Shown here piece by piece: positions 19,040 to 37,050 of a stretch of 64,000 nucleotides of DNA (position 1 is its first letter; each line of letters opens with the position of its first letter). A model generated the notes under the pieces. It was not told where the DNA came from, did not search any database, and saw only the letters and a list, made by a program, of their open reading frames with translations. Source of the DNA: Felis catus (taxonomy: Eukaryota); the NCBI RefSeq assembly GCF_018350175.1, contig NC_058368.1:116932001-116996000 (forward strand), in the 5' to 3' direction. A program made the translations under genes and the position numbers.

Positions 19040-20140
19040 ATTGCACTATAAAATTCCTAGAAGAAAGCATAGGAGAAAAGCTTCATGACATTGAATTTGG
19101 TGGTGATTTCTTGGCTTTCACAACAAAACACATGGAACAAAGCGAAAATAGACCAATGAGACTACATCAAACTTAAAAAATTTTGTGCACCAAAGAACAC
19201 CATCAACAGTGAAAAGGCAACCTATGGAATGGGAGAAAATATTTGCAAATACTATATCTGATATGGGGTTAATGTCCATAATATTTAAGAACTCCTACAA
19301 CCCAACAATAACAAAAAAAATCAAATAACCTGATTAAAAAATGAGCAAAGGACTTAGATATTTCTCCAGAGATGATATGCAGATGACCAACAAACATATG
19401 AAAAAATCTTCAACATCACTAATCATCAGAGAAATGGAAATCCAAACCACAATGTAGTGTCACCCTACACACATTAGGATGACTGCTATCAAAAAAAAAA
19501 AAACACACAGAAAATAACAAGTGTTCAAAAGGATGTGGAGAAACTATCCCCTCCGTGCACTGTTGGTGAGATTGTAGAATGGTGCAACTGCTATAAAAAC
19601 AGTATGAAGTCTTCTCAAAAAAGTGTAAAAGAGAACTTCTATATGATCTGGCAATCCCATATCTGGGTATATACCTAAAGGAATTGAAAGCAGGGTCTCA
19701 AAGATACTTGTGCACCCATGTTCATAGCAGCAGTATTCACAACTGGCCAGAGGTGGAACCAACCCAAATACCCATGTATGGAATCTTAAAAAAGGAAGGG
19801 AAACCTATCACGTGCTACAACATGGATGAACTTTGAGGCCATTATTCTAAGTGAAAGAAGATAGTCACAAAAAGGCAAATACAGTATGATTCCACTTATA
19901 TGATGTATCCAAGTTTGTTAAATTCATACAAACAGAAAGTAGAATGGTGCCTACCAGGGACTGGGCAAGGAGGAAAAGGAGAGTTTTTGTTTGATGGGTA
20001 TAGAGTTTCAGATTTGCAAAATGGAAACGTTCTGGAGATCTGCTTCTCAACAATGTGAATGTACTTAACACTATGGAACTGTATACCTAAAAATGGTTAT
20101 GATGGTAAATTTTGTGTTACATTTTTTAACCGCAGTAAAA
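19040..20140 (+). mobile_element. L1MA/MB-type ORF2 end and 3' UTR
   Basis: aaaattcctagaagaaagcataggagaaaagcttcatgacattg ... gtacttaacactatggaactgtatacctaaaaatggttatgatggtaaatttt. Confidence 0.8.
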
Positions 20141-20270
20141 TACATTGCTCATTGCAGAGCCATATTACTTAAGGACTGTATTTTCTGCTCCTTTGATATA
20201 CTGTTGTGTTTCCTGTGCCATTGAAAATACAGTGTTCCTAGAATCAAGATAAAATAAATTCACCATTTTA

Positions 20271-20496
20271 TTTTATTTTACTTTACTTTAGGTTACTTTT
20301 TCTTTTTTAGAGAGAGAGCACACAAGTGGGGGACAGAGGCACAGGGAGAGAGAGGGAGAGGGGGGGTGGGAATCCCAAGCAGGCTCCATACTTAGCACAG
20401 AGCCTGATGTGGGACTTGATTCCACAACCCTGGGATCATGACCTGAACAGAAATCAAGAGTCAGATTTAGCCAACTGAGCCACCCAGGTGCTACAG
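20271..20496 (-). mobile_element. Can-SINE
   Basis: TSD attcaccatttta at 20258-20270 and 20497-20509. Confidence 0.87.
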
Positions 20497-21189
20497 ATTC
20501 ACCATTTTAGACTCCATCAGTTGGCTTTACCATATCTTCAAATATTTCTAAATAATTCAGGTTCCCATAACTCTTACCTGAAGCTCTCTTTCTGCTTCTG
20601 TCTGGAGTAAATGATCTCTAAATGTGTACAAAACTATCATCTTGTTTTTATACCTCTCCTAGTTAAGCCCATTGTTTGATAGATTACTTATCTCCTATTT
20701 TTAAAGCCCTCTCTGTGCTACAGTATATCCTCAAGTGGATTCCTAAGAGAGGGCACATGAAAAATAAACTCTGTCTCTGCATGTCTGAAAATGCATTTAG
20801 TTTTCTTTTACACTTCATTGATGTGCTATATAGTATATATGTCATGTAATGTCCTAAAAATTCTAAAAATTCCTGCCTTTTCATATCTGGGATCATTTCA
20901 TCTCTACTATTGTTTCCTTAATAACTGTATTCCTAACTTTATTTTTTTCTCAGCCTTGTGTTTTGTCAGTTATTGAACATTCTCAATAATATCTCTAGTT
21001 TCTTATATTTCTCCTTTATTTTACATCTTTGGTTTTTCCTCTCCATCCTCTTTTAAAGTGAGTCCCTCACTTTATTTTGAGCATTTCTGTTTCTTCCCCT
21101 AGGAGAAGTGTTGATATTTGTTGCTACAGGATGCAGGGATATCCTGGCAACTTCACAGCAGAAGAGTGACATGCTGAAAACAGGGGAAA

Positions 21190-23210
21190 ACCCTCATGAC
21201 GTCAAATCTGGTAATCCACACCAAATTTCTGAAAACTAAAGAGAAGGAAAAAATCTTGATGGCAGTGACAGTAGATTTCTCACCAAAAACCATGGGAGTC
21301 ANNNNNNNNNNNNNNNNNNNNNNNNNNNNNNNNNNNNNNNNNNNNNNNNNNNNNNNNNNNNNNNNNNNNNNNNNNNNNNNNNNNNNNNNNNNNNNNNNNN
21401 NNNNNNNNNNNNNNNNNNNNNNNNNNNNNNNNNNNNNNNCAAACAGAAAGGAATCAATTAAAAAAAGAATCTTGGAACATCAGGAAAGAAGAACACAGTA
21501 AATAAAAATATGGTTAAATGCCATAGACATTCCTTCTCCTCTTGAGTTTTCTAAATTATGTTTGATGGTTGAATCCCAAATTATATATGATTATGTCTGA
21601 TTAGTTCTAAGTATATATTGAGGAAATACTTAAGACAGCTTTAAATGGGGGAGGTTAAAGGGAGGTAAGTTTTCTACCCTTCTCTTGAACTGGTAAAATG
21701 ACATACCAGTAAACTGTAATAAGTTAAGTATGGAGCAACTACTATAAAAGCTATACAGTGTGATGCACCAAAAAATGCTATAGATAAATCAAAGTGGAAT
21801 TCTAAAAAAAGTGTCCTAATAAACTACAAGAAAAGCAGGAAAAAGAAAACAGAAACAAAAAACAGAACAAATATAAAAGAAAAAATAAAATGTCAGGCTT
21901 AGGCTCTAACATATCAGTAATTACATTTAATGTAAATGGTCTAACATATCAGTAATTACATTTAATGCAAATGGTCTGAACACACCAATCAAAACAAAGA
22001 GATTGATATAATGTGTTTAAAAATGACCAACTGTATGCTGTCTACAAGAAACTTCACTTCAAATATGATATAGGCAGGTTGAATGTAAAAAGATGGAAAA
22101 CATATTATGCAAATGTTGATAAAAATGTATTAGGAGTGGCCATACTAATGTCAGATAAAGTGACATCAGAGGAAAGAAAATGACCAGAGACAGAGTAGGA
22201 CATTAGGTAATGATAAAAGAAGACATAGCATTCCTAAATACGTATACATATTTACAAACAACAAAGGTACAAAATACGTGAAGCAAAAACTGACAAAACT
22301 GAAAGGAGAAATAGATCTACAATAAAAGTTGGATACTTCAATACAGAAAATCAGCAAGAACACAGAAGCGAACAACACCCTCAACAGGATGGATGTAATC
22401 CATATTTACAGAACACCTAGCCAAAAATACCAGAATACACATTCTTTTCAAATGCTTCCCAAAAATATGCAAAATAGACTGTGTAAACAAGGCCATACAC
22501 AAACTTCAATCCATTTAAAAGAATTGAAATCATACAGTGTGGGTTCTCCATTCACAATAGAATCAAACTAAAAAACATAAAGTAACAGGAAAATCTTCAA
22601 ATGCTTGAAAACGAAACATTTCTAATTAATCCATGGATCAAAGGCAAAGTCTCAAGGAATATAAAAAATACATCAAGCTGAACTAAAAATGAAAAGACAA
22701 CAAATTAAAATTTATAAGACACAGCTAAAGCAGTGCAGAGGGACATTTATAGCACTAAATGCATATTAGAAAAGAGGAAAGGGCGCCTGGGTGGCTCACT
22801 AGGTTAAGCATCTTGACTCTTGATTTCAGTTCAGATCATGATGTCACAGTTCGTTGAGTTCCAGCCCTGCGTGGGACTCATCACTGATGGCGTGGAGCCT
22901 GTCTGGGATTCTTTTTCTCTCCTTCTCTTTCTGCCCTGCCTCTGTGCACATGTGATGTTTCTCTCTCTCTCTCAAACTTAAAAAAAATTTTTAAAGAAAA
23001 GAGGAAAAGTCCCAATCATCTAATCTCCCACCTCCAGAATCTAGAAAAATAAGAGAAAAATAACCCAAAGCAAGCAGGAGAAGCAGGAGGAAGGAAATAG
23101 TGTAAATAATAGAAGAAACCAATTAAATTCCAAATAAAAATAATAGAGAAAACCAATGAAATAAAAAGTTGATTCTTTGAAAAAATAAAACTGACAGACA
23201 TCTAACAAGG
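21190..23210 (+). mobile_element. Decayed L1 (ORF1 end to ORF2 endonuclease region); contains N run 21302-21439 and a 35-nt tandem duplication at 21905-21974
   Basis: atatcagtaattacatttaatgtaaatggtct ... tatgctgtctacaagaaacttcacttcaaatat ... are L1 endonuclease-region motifs. Confidence 0.75.
22781..22994 (+). mobile_element. Can-SINE inserted in L1
   Basis: TSD agaaaagaggaaa at 22768-22780 and 22995-23007. Confidence 0.88.
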
Positions 23211-24402
23211 AAGTCTTCCCCAAACATTTGAGATTTCAAATGTGTTTAGCATCAATTCCTTTATATTTTCAGACTTTTATGCATCATTTCTTTCTCCCAT
23301 CAATTGAGAGCGTTAAGTGATTGCTTACATATCTGCATCTTTGCCCTGAGTCATTGTTTTTCCTTGCATATAGTTAAATGAGATTTTAAGAGATTTATAA
23401 CAAAATTAAAGAGTTCTAAGATGAACCATGAGGGTTAGTCTTTATCTTTCATTTTTAGTAAACTTGAAGAATTTTTAAAATGTATAATGGAATGAAAGGA
23501 AAACAAACATTTGTAGCATAAAAATGGAAATCAGCTTGATCAGCTATGCAATAATTATAAGCTAACTAAATAAAATTAAGTTTAATATACTTTATAATGT
23601 TTCATCAAAGTATTATTTCAGCTCTTTGATAATAATCAGTTAATCTTAATGATCTGTCACTTCACATAAGCATACACGAACATAATAAGTATTGGCATGA
23701 GTATTGGAAATGGTGTTTTTTTACATTATTTACCTTTACATGTTGTGTCTAGAGGAAGCCAAGCTTTTGCCACCTAATTATTAAAATTAAGCTGGAATAT
23801 GAGTAAGAAGGTTCCCAATGAATGAAGGAAACGTTCTATATCTTGAAAGAGGTGTGGGTTACATGGATGGATCCATTGTTAAAATGGCACAGTTAAGATT
23901 GGTGCATTTCAATTTGGGTAAATGTTACCTTAAAACAACTATACAAAAATAAACATTGACTGGGAGGCGGAGGGTGGAGGGAAAGATATAGATGAAGCAA
24001 GACAAGATGTTTTGAAGCTGGGTGATGTGTACATGGAAGTTATGCTGTTTGCTTTGTATGTACTGAACTTGTTCCACAATAAATGCTAATGAGTTATTAC
24101 TTGTGAGACAAGTTGATAAATGTCAATTCAATTCTACTCTAGCAAAGCAAAACAAAAGAGAGTAAAGCAGAGACGCATTCTCCTGAAAGAATCTAAAGTA
24201 ATCCATTTCCATAAAAAGGCAGTTTCTTCACATACCAACTGACACCCTTGAAGGATACATTAAGATATTCTGTTCTTCTTTCTATAATAAAAAGCAATGT
24301 TCTCCAAGATATTTCAGTGATCTAAACTGAGTTCTACAAATGCTGTACTGCTAGTAAAATTTGCTTTAAAATGAATAATTATTCAGTAAGCTATCTGTGA
24401 AG

Positions 24403-24555
24403 ATGTGTGGTGGCGCTGCAGGTCAAGAGAGTAAATAAAGGATTGCACAGATGTCAGGGATGCCATTAAGCTGGAATCAGAATATCCACTGAAGGAAGGG
24501 AATCTTTAGGGTTGGGCTAGAAATAGCTCTGTTTCAAAGAAGAAACTACACCCAT
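24403..24555 (+). promoter_or_regulatory. Orphan PCDHB promoter relic with intact CSE core and no downstream exon
   Basis: tggtggcgctgcagg at 24408-24422, followed by ggatgccattaagctggaatcagaat and gaagaaactacacccat, which match segments of the PCDHB5 5' region. No cadherin-coding sequence follows. Confidence 0.8.
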
Positions 24556-24712
24556 CTAATGTGTTTATGGTTGTTGGTTTTATTTCATCAGTTTACTTTG
24601 TCATTCATACCCTCAAGGAAATCTATTCTCAGTAACATTTATCAAGTGAACCATAGAGACTGGTCACCATGATCTTATTTTTTTATCCTTCTGGATAGAT
24701 AGAGTGCTTTTT

Positions 24713-24924
24713 TTTTTTCAACGTTTTTTATTTATTTTTGGGACAGAGAGAGACAGAGCATGAATGGAGGAGGGGCAGAGAGAGAGGGAGACACAGAATC
24801 GGAAGCAGGCTCCAGGCTCCGAGCCATCAGCCCAGAGCCCGACGCGGGGCTCGAACTCATGGACCGCGAGATCGTGACCTGCCTGAAGTCGGACGCTTAA
24901 CCGACTGCGCCACCCAGGCGCCCC
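24713..24924 (-). mobile_element. Young SINEC_Fc
   Basis: TSD tagagtgcttttt at 24700-24712 and 24925-24937; near-consensus body. Confidence 0.93.
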
Positions 24925-25921
24925 TAGAGTGCTTTTTAAGTACAAAATTATTTCATATGGTCAGAGTTTAGATTTTATTTAGCTTTACTTATTTTACCTA
25001 GAGTTGAAACATTTTGAAAAAGATCCTCAGTTTTAATCTTTCATCATTTTGGCTCTTACCTGAAGTGAAGTTTGGTTGAACTCAGTTGATTTAATCTCTC
25101 AATATGTATGAAATCAATCTGAAATGAAATTATGCTTGGCGCATTTTGTGTTGTTATATGTGCACTGACCCAGTTCATGTATTTTCAGGATGTTTAAAGA
25201 CATGTTTTCCTATTAATCTGAACAGAAACTGAGGAGATAGAAATGGATAAAGCCATGATGAACCATCAGTGAATTCTGTGGAATCCACTCAAGTGTAATT
25301 CACCTTTCACATTACCTTATTTGATGTTGATTTATAGAAACTCATGTCATCTTTGTTGTGGGAGGGTTGGTAGAGGTGAATGTTTATTTTCTGCATTGCA
25401 TTATGTCCTTACAACAGGATAATATATTTGGGCCTCGATTAATTACTATAGGAGTTAAATTTGATTTAAAAATTACAATAATATAAACAATCCTAATAAA
25501 AATCATGACTAATTCTACCTGTACAAAATGAAGTAAAATCCCAAGATGTGTACTCATGACAGACTATTGATTGTTGCTAGTTCCTCTTTTAAATAATTGA
25601 ATTGATTAGGTACTTCTATCTTAAGTATTTCTTGGCCTCAGTTTTCCTTCTAATAGCCTAATTCTTTCCTTTATTTTGCAGGTATAAGCACAAAATAAAG
25701 TAGGTCTGTTGTTTATGTCATTTTATGAGCCATATAACTTAGAGAAATAGTTTTTTATCTTATAATTGGTGTTGCTAACCAACATTTACATTTTGTAGTT
25801 TATTGATTTGTTTGTTGGGACAAATAATGTACATTTTGAATTCACAAATCACACTATTCGTCAGAGATAAATTTCATTGCCAAAGAATACAAGATGATTA
25901 TAGTAAATTTACATTATTTGG

Positions 25922-26122
25922 GGTAGTGATTTCTAAACGTTAGTATGCATGAGAATCACTTAAAGACAAAGATTGAAGTTCAGATTTCAGTTAGCACCCC
26001 CAGAGAATTTGATTGAAGATCTAGAGGGAAGACCAGGAGTTGACTTTGAAAAAAAAAACAACCCAAGACTCCCAAGTAATTATTTATGCATATGGTTCAC
26101 ACACTATGGTTTGAGAAACACG
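25922..26122. mobile_element. MER5A-like hAT-Charlie MITE just upstream of the PCDHB6 CSE
   Basis: Decayed termini tagtgatttctaaac ... tttgagaaacacgg and internal tgcatgagaatcac. Confidence 0.65.
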
Positions 26123-26205
26123 GACTCCATCTCAAAGTCTTTATAACGCTCAGATTTGGGGAATATTATTGCCTGTATGTTATCATATTGAAGTTATCAA
26201 TTTGA

Positions 26206-26230
26206 ACGCGTGGTGGCAGTGCAGGCTAAG
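26206..26230 (+). promoter_or_regulatory. Variant CSE of PCDHB6 (CAGT replaces the CGCT box)
   Basis: acgcgtggtggcagtgcaggctaag; 257 nt upstream of the ATG, same flanks as the paralogous CSEs. Confidence 0.82.
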
Positions 26231-26410
26231 AGAGTGAATAAAGCTCTGCAGATTCGGTGGACTCCATTTTATTCAGAGACCCCCTCTCCCCTCAAATACA
26301 GGACACATTTACAGCTAGAGCAAAGTTAGAAGTATTCAGGAAGGCAGTCGTCACCAGAGAAGTTATAAGACAAATTCGAAATTCAACAGCAAAGAGATTA
26401 CGGAGGGTAG

Positions 26411-28858
<2,448 letters not shown>

Positions 28859-29208
28859 GTATTCTATTCAGCTCTTTTGAAAATCTCTTTTAACTCAAAG
28901 TTACATGTTATTGATGGTCCGATTTTAATTATTTACGACACGTCCTTAGATTGAGAAAAAATCAGATACTGAGTATACACAGTATTTTCCCTATGCTATG
29001 GTTAGTAGATTTTTGTTACTTTCAACTATATTTGACAGTCTGAATAAAAAGTAAATTTTTATTTGAATACTTTAAAATTTTTGAAACTCAATCATCTATT
29101 CATTTTACAAAAATTGTAATGCAAAGTCCTTAAGTAGGATTGTATAACTATTAGTGACAATGGTCATCACTATAGCTATGTAAGGAAATTTTTAAAATGT
29201 GAGTGTTT

Positions 29209-29315
29209 GGGGCATTTGGCTGACTCAGTTGGTAGAGCATTCGACTCTTGACCTGGGTGGTGAGTTCAAGTCCCATGTTGGTTATAGAGCCTACTTTAAA
29301 AAAAAAGAAGAAGAA
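29209..29315 (+). mobile_element. Short tRNA-derived Can-SINE
   Basis: ggggcatttggctgactcagttggtagagcattcgactc...gttcaagtccc, A-tail; flanking taaaatgtga repeats. Confidence 0.75.
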
Positions 29316-29994
29316 TAAAATGTGACTGGTTGATATTTAATCTGCTTGTTTAAGTTTCATTTTGGGGTGACTGCCACAGTGTGAATAACTAAAGATAAAT
29401 ACTAAAGATGGCTAAATGCGAGGATAGCCATTCATATCTATGGGTAATTCAACATACCATAATAGTCAATACATTTTTCTATGCATATAAACTTTACAAA
29501 AGTATCAGTACATTAAACTCCAATTTGTGAGCTTCATGTAAGCCCATGATAGTCTTTTTTTAATAATACCAACCCAATTATAAGTGCATAATAAATATTT
29601 GTTGAAAGTTATTAACATTCCAATAGTGAATTTTAAAAATTAATTTTCAAGGAATACAGAAAAATGCTAATGAAGTACCTTTGTCAGTAAGTGAAACTAC
29701 ACATCATTGTTTTATTTTCTTTCTAAACAGAAAACACCCTCCATGCACCCTAAACTCCATTACAGAATATAAAATGTTGAGAGTATATTTCATCTCCTTG
29801 TCTTTGTCTAACAAGCTGAAAGTTCAAATGTATTATTTAGTAAAATCCAAATTATATTGAAAAATACCTTCCTCCTAGCTTCTAAAGCTTTTTTATATGT
29901 GATACCTGCCAAGACCTAAGTAAGCTATTAGTATCAGGTTATTAGGTAATGTCAGATTTTCTGTTCTAGTGCTGTGTAAGTATCATTTATCTTT

Positions 29995-30120
29995 CTTTTT
30001 TAAGTAGGCTCCACGCTCAGTGTGGAGCCCAGTGCAGGTTCTGAACTCACAACCCTGTGATTAAAACCTGAGCTGAGATCAAGTCAGTTGCTCAACCAGC
30101 TGAGCCAGCCAGCCACCCTG
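29995..30120 (-). mobile_element. Short Can-SINE
   Basis: TSD tcatttatcttt at 29983-29994 and 30121-30132. Confidence 0.8.
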
Positions 30121-30921
30121 TCATTTATCTTTATTAACCATAAAATCATTTACTTGCACAGTTTAGCCCGTATTTGTCTTGTGCTGGTTTTATTTGTAGT
30201 ATTTTAAGAAAAATTTCTCATTTCACCTTCCCATCAAAGTCAGGCAATTTATACTAAAGTGACAGCTGAGTGAATATTTTATTTTTATACTTAATTAAAA
30301 TGGAACTAGCCTTAACTAAATTATATTTGGCTGTGATTTGTGTCCAAATAAGTGAACTATCATGGATTATTACTAGGTGGTTCAATGAGTGTAGGGAACA
30401 CTTACTGTTTTGCATTCTTAGATATTTATCCCCTGCTCCTCAGAATAGCATTCTTCTTTGGGGGAAACTACTTTTCCTGCTAGGTCACTGCAACCACTTG
30501 GCTTTCGTTGGTGCCGTGGTATTTTTCGGTATACTCATTTCCATAATCCCAGGGGATATACACTGAGATGGACCCCTGTCCAATGTTGACAGGTTAAAAC
30601 ACTTCCCCAGAAAGTGTATCTTTAACTCCATTGACGTTTTTTTTCCTTCTTCATCTTTGTAGAAAAGACACTGCCTGAATCCTGAACTTATATTGATTTC
30701 TAACAAATCAAACAGCCATTTCCTCTTAGTCTTACTGGGCATTGCATGGAGTGATTTTATGAAGGAAAAAAAATTGCCAAAGGCTATGTAGTCCAGGAGA
30801 TTGACACGAAATCGCATTTTAATTTTTTTCAGGGGTTACAGGCACATTTCACTTTGGGAGTGGAAAGTAAATTTTAAAATTTGTAACTTCTTCCAACAAT
30901 ACAACAAATTAGTATTTTTGT

Positions 30922-31030
30922 AATTGAATGTAAGCACCCATGAGGAAGAACTTTTGTGTTTATTTTACCACTTAATCTCCAGAAGCTGGAAAAATGCCTG
31001 CATGGAGAAATACTCGTTAAATGGGTAAGT
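30922..31030 (+). mobile_element. L2 3' end relic
   Basis: gaatgtaagcacccatgaggaagaacttttgtg...aatgcctgcatgg...tactcgttaaatg resembles the L2 terminus. Confidence 0.6.
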
Positions 31031-31271
31031 GATTTTGTCTTGAGCAGAGTTTTGTGTTACTGAACTTGTACCTTGTACCTTTAACAAAGATGAATATAGA
31101 CATAGATATATAGGTATTACTTTTGCTCTCACAAATATTGTTAGTTACCTGTTACCTGCAATTGGGTGGAAGAGAGTTTATAACCCAAAAGGCTTTCTAT
31201 TTGTTTTAACTGTTGCATGATGCTTTGAAAAGGAAAAAAACAAACAAAAAACCCTGAAGTTGTAAGGCAAG

Positions 31272-31296
31272 ACGCTTGGTGGCGCTGCAGGCTAAG
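31272..31296 (+). promoter_or_regulatory. CSE / CTCF site of PCDHB17-like gene
   Basis: acgcttggtggcgctgcaggctaag; CGCT at 31283, 243 nt upstream of the ATG. Confidence 0.88.
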
Positions 31297-31519
31297 AAAG
31301 TAAAAAACTATCTCTGCAGGCACCATAATAGCTGAGCAGTTTCTAGCTGCTCAAAAAGGAAGTGTTTTACACCATTAGGAGGATAGTAGGTTTCTGAGAG
31401 GCAGCTATCGCCATATCAATCAGTGTTAAGAACTAACTCAAGATTATTGAACCGAGATAGCGGAGTTGGCTGCACAGCAATTATTTTGTGATTAAATAAC
31501 TGCATCTTTTGGACCCTAA

Positions 31520-33925
<2,406 letters not shown>

Positions 33926-35893
33926 GCATCTCACCTTAAGGGGAGATATATGATAATACTAACTAATGTATTAGTTCGCAACCTGTTCATTCACATAAAG
34001 AACTACATATTCACACAATAATTATTGTCATATTTATAGGTATTTCAGCCTATTGAGGTATTTTACGTTCTGAATCTCTGGGTTTTTGTTGGTGGTGGTG
34101 GTGGTGTTTTTAGCCAGCTCACATTTTGCATGTTCATACAATAGGGGAGAAATGGTGTATCTGTTTTGTGGGGGTAAGATTTTTGGAGGTCAGAAATGGT
34201 TTCAGGTTCCTGATGTTTGAGCTTGTTCACTAATATCTTGTTATGGCTAAGAGAATTGTGTTTTCTGATTATCATTAGCATAGAGTATTGTAAATCATGA
34301 CTTCCAATTTTAAAAATACTTTTCATTTTTACAAATGAATTATACTTTTCATTTATACAAAAAAAACTTGTCACGTTAGAAATTGTTAGATTTCTGTAGT
34401 AAGTGTTTTGTCTTGCCTCAAAGGAACTAATATTTTATCTGGGTGTCGTCTAAGTTGAGTATTGTCTTTCAAAATTGATCTCTTTGGACTATACCATCTG
34501 ATACAATTTTAAAGAATTCAATCCCTGTTAAATAGAAAAAATGTTGGTAAACTTACGATTACTTTTTCAAAATAAATGATTTGGGTATGTAAATAATGAT
34601 TCTCATTCTTTTAAAATAATAGAAAGTTACATGATTCAAACATATTCAGTATGAATAGAAAACAAAATTTTTTTCTCTTTCAGATTTTTAAATTCTAATT
34701 AGTTAACATAGAGTGTAATATTAGTTTCAGTAGAATTTAGTGATTCATTACTTACATACAAGACCCAGTGCTCATCATAGATTCATAATTAAAACTATCA
34801 TGTTTCACCTGAATGTAATAAAGCAAAAATTATATGCAACTATAGATTTTGCTTAAGCTTAGATAAATAATCTCTATAAGGTTAAAACACAAGAATATAA
34901 TGCATAGTAAGATATTAGCATCACTTAACTGCCTGCTAAAAAATGAGGCATCCTGTAATACATGCCCCCTCACCTTACTTTATACTTTTTGTTATATATA
35001 GTACCTTTTCAATGTTTATAGTATTTACAATGTATTTTTAAAGGATAATCCCCATGATTTTTTAGACTTTTTATGTTTTCAAAGTCAGTGTAGCCTTTCA
35101 CTCTGTTTCATGCAAATATGTTCAAGCAGTCATTTATTTATTTACATATGGTAAGCATAGTTAGTTTTTAAACCTGTCTGATACTTCTGATAGCTGAAGT
35201 TTGTATGCGCCTATTTCTGCTGTATTGTTACTGATTTTTCTTATTGGTTTTATCTTTGTTTCTTTGTGTGACTCATATGGTTGATTGCCCTTGAAAAATT
35301 TACTTGTAGGATGTCCTCAAAGCCTAGGTTGCATGTTTCATCCTTCAAAATGTATTTTCATTGGGTTCAGCTAGGATTCTTAAATCACTCTCAGTAGGGA
35401 ACCACTGCAAACCAATTTTATGGCTTGATGTATCTCACAACTCAACATATGCATATTGAAAATTAAACACACATGAAGACCAGTCAGTAGCTATAATTTC
35501 CCAGGCATCTTTTCTTTTTTTTCTGCTCTACTTAACATCAGGAGCGCTTCCATATAGTTCCCTGAACTTGGGGTGAGGGAGCATCTTTAGATTTGTTTAT
35601 GTTTACATTGTATAAACATATGTATATATAGTGGATATAGCCCTGTGGGGATCTCTTAAAATGGGAGGATCTTTGTAGAATATGCTGCAAATTTGGTTGA
35701 CCCTGAGTCTTGATTTATATTTAATCTCATGAATAGCTTCAAATCAAAGTCCAAGGGCAAATATTTTTAATTGCCCTGAGGGAATAATGAGTTTTGTTGT
35801 TCTGACACACGGTTTACTCCTCCATTACAAGCTTCCATCAAAAATTGGGCTTTTTTTCCATTGTGTTTTCTACTATGTTTTTAGCTCTTCAAT

Positions 35894-35934
35894 TTTTTTA
35901 AGAGAGAGAGAGAGAGCGAGTGGGGAGAGGGGCA

Positions 35935-35985
<51 letters not shown>

Positions 35986-36109
35986 TCTTAAGCAGGCTCC
36001 ATACTTAGTGTGGAGCTGGAGGCAGGATTTGATTCCAGGATGATAACTTGAGCTGAAATCAAGAGGGAATTGCTCAACCGCTCAACCCACTGAGCCACCC
36101 AAGCACCCC
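35894..36109 (-). mobile_element. Can-SINE with expanded (AG)n
   Basis: TSD tagctcttcaat at 35882-35893 and 36110-36121. Confidence 0.87.
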
Positions 36110-36601
36110 TAGCTCTTCAATATTTTTAAAGTAGTTTTTTTTTTTAAAAGTCTTGTCCATTATTCTTTATTGTTTTCCATGGGAAAGTCATCTGAATTAT
36201 CTATACCATCCATTTCAGAAATGGGGAGTTTTGCCTAATGTTTCAATTTGCAGATTCAATTTTGCCATCATTCCAATGATATATGAGGCTATTTTTTCTT
36301 TGAATCCGGTGTTTCATTCTTTGGGTACCCTGCCCAGGCAAATGATCTCCTTTCCTCACTAAACTTTAATCTCATGGAGAGAGCTCTTTTTCTATTACAT
36401 TTAGGAAAATACATACTGAAGTAAATATAGACGAATGAGAGTTGAATAAATTATTGAATTAATGAATTAGTGTGTTATTTTATCATCTGGCTTTATAAAC
36501 TTATAAACTACAACAAAAAATTACCTATTTTTATAAAATGCTCATGTACTGTTTACACTATTTGACATTTGTTTCGTTCACCGAACAGTTTATCATTTAC
36601 A

Positions 36602-36815
36602 AGTGCCTGGGCTCAGTGGTTGGGTGTTCGACTCTTGATTTTGGCTCAGATAATGATCTTACAGCCCATGGGTTCAAGCCCTGCATCAGTCTGTATGCTG
36701 ACAGTGTAGAGCCTGCTAGGGATTCTCTCTCCCTCTCTTTGCCCCTCCCCCCACTAATATGTGCATGCACACACACTCTCTCTCTCAAAATAAATAAATA
36801 ATAAAACTTAAAAAA
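36602..36815 (+). mobile_element. Can-SINE
   Basis: gtgcctgggctcagtggttgggtgttcgactcttgattttggctcag..., CT tract, A-rich tail. Confidence 0.8.
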
Positions 36816-36970
36816 GAATGATTTATCATTTAGAATATGTGAGCCAACTATCATCTTGTAAAGTGTATGATATGTTGAGCACTTTCCATATTTATTCACA
36901 AATAATGAAATTTAATTTTATTTATTGTATTACTCATAAGGGGAGAAAGAGTCTAAGATTCAGTTTCAGA

Positions 36971-36973
<3 letters not shown>

Positions 36974-37013
<40 letters not shown>

Positions 37014-37050
37014 TATGCATATATATATATGCAACTAATTATATATATAT
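36974..37050. repeat. (TA)n microsatellite
   Basis: Direct reading. Confidence 0.9.

Noticed and set aside
21905-21974. 35-nt tandem duplication
   Set aside because: Lies inside a dead L1 fragment; an ordinary slippage event.
24648-24680. gaaccatagagactg resembling the PCDHB5 start context gaacaatggagacag, a possible decayed start codon for the orphan promoter
   Set aside because: Only 12 of 15 nt match in AT-rich DNA, it is not collinear with the other B5-like segments, and no signal-peptide relic follows.
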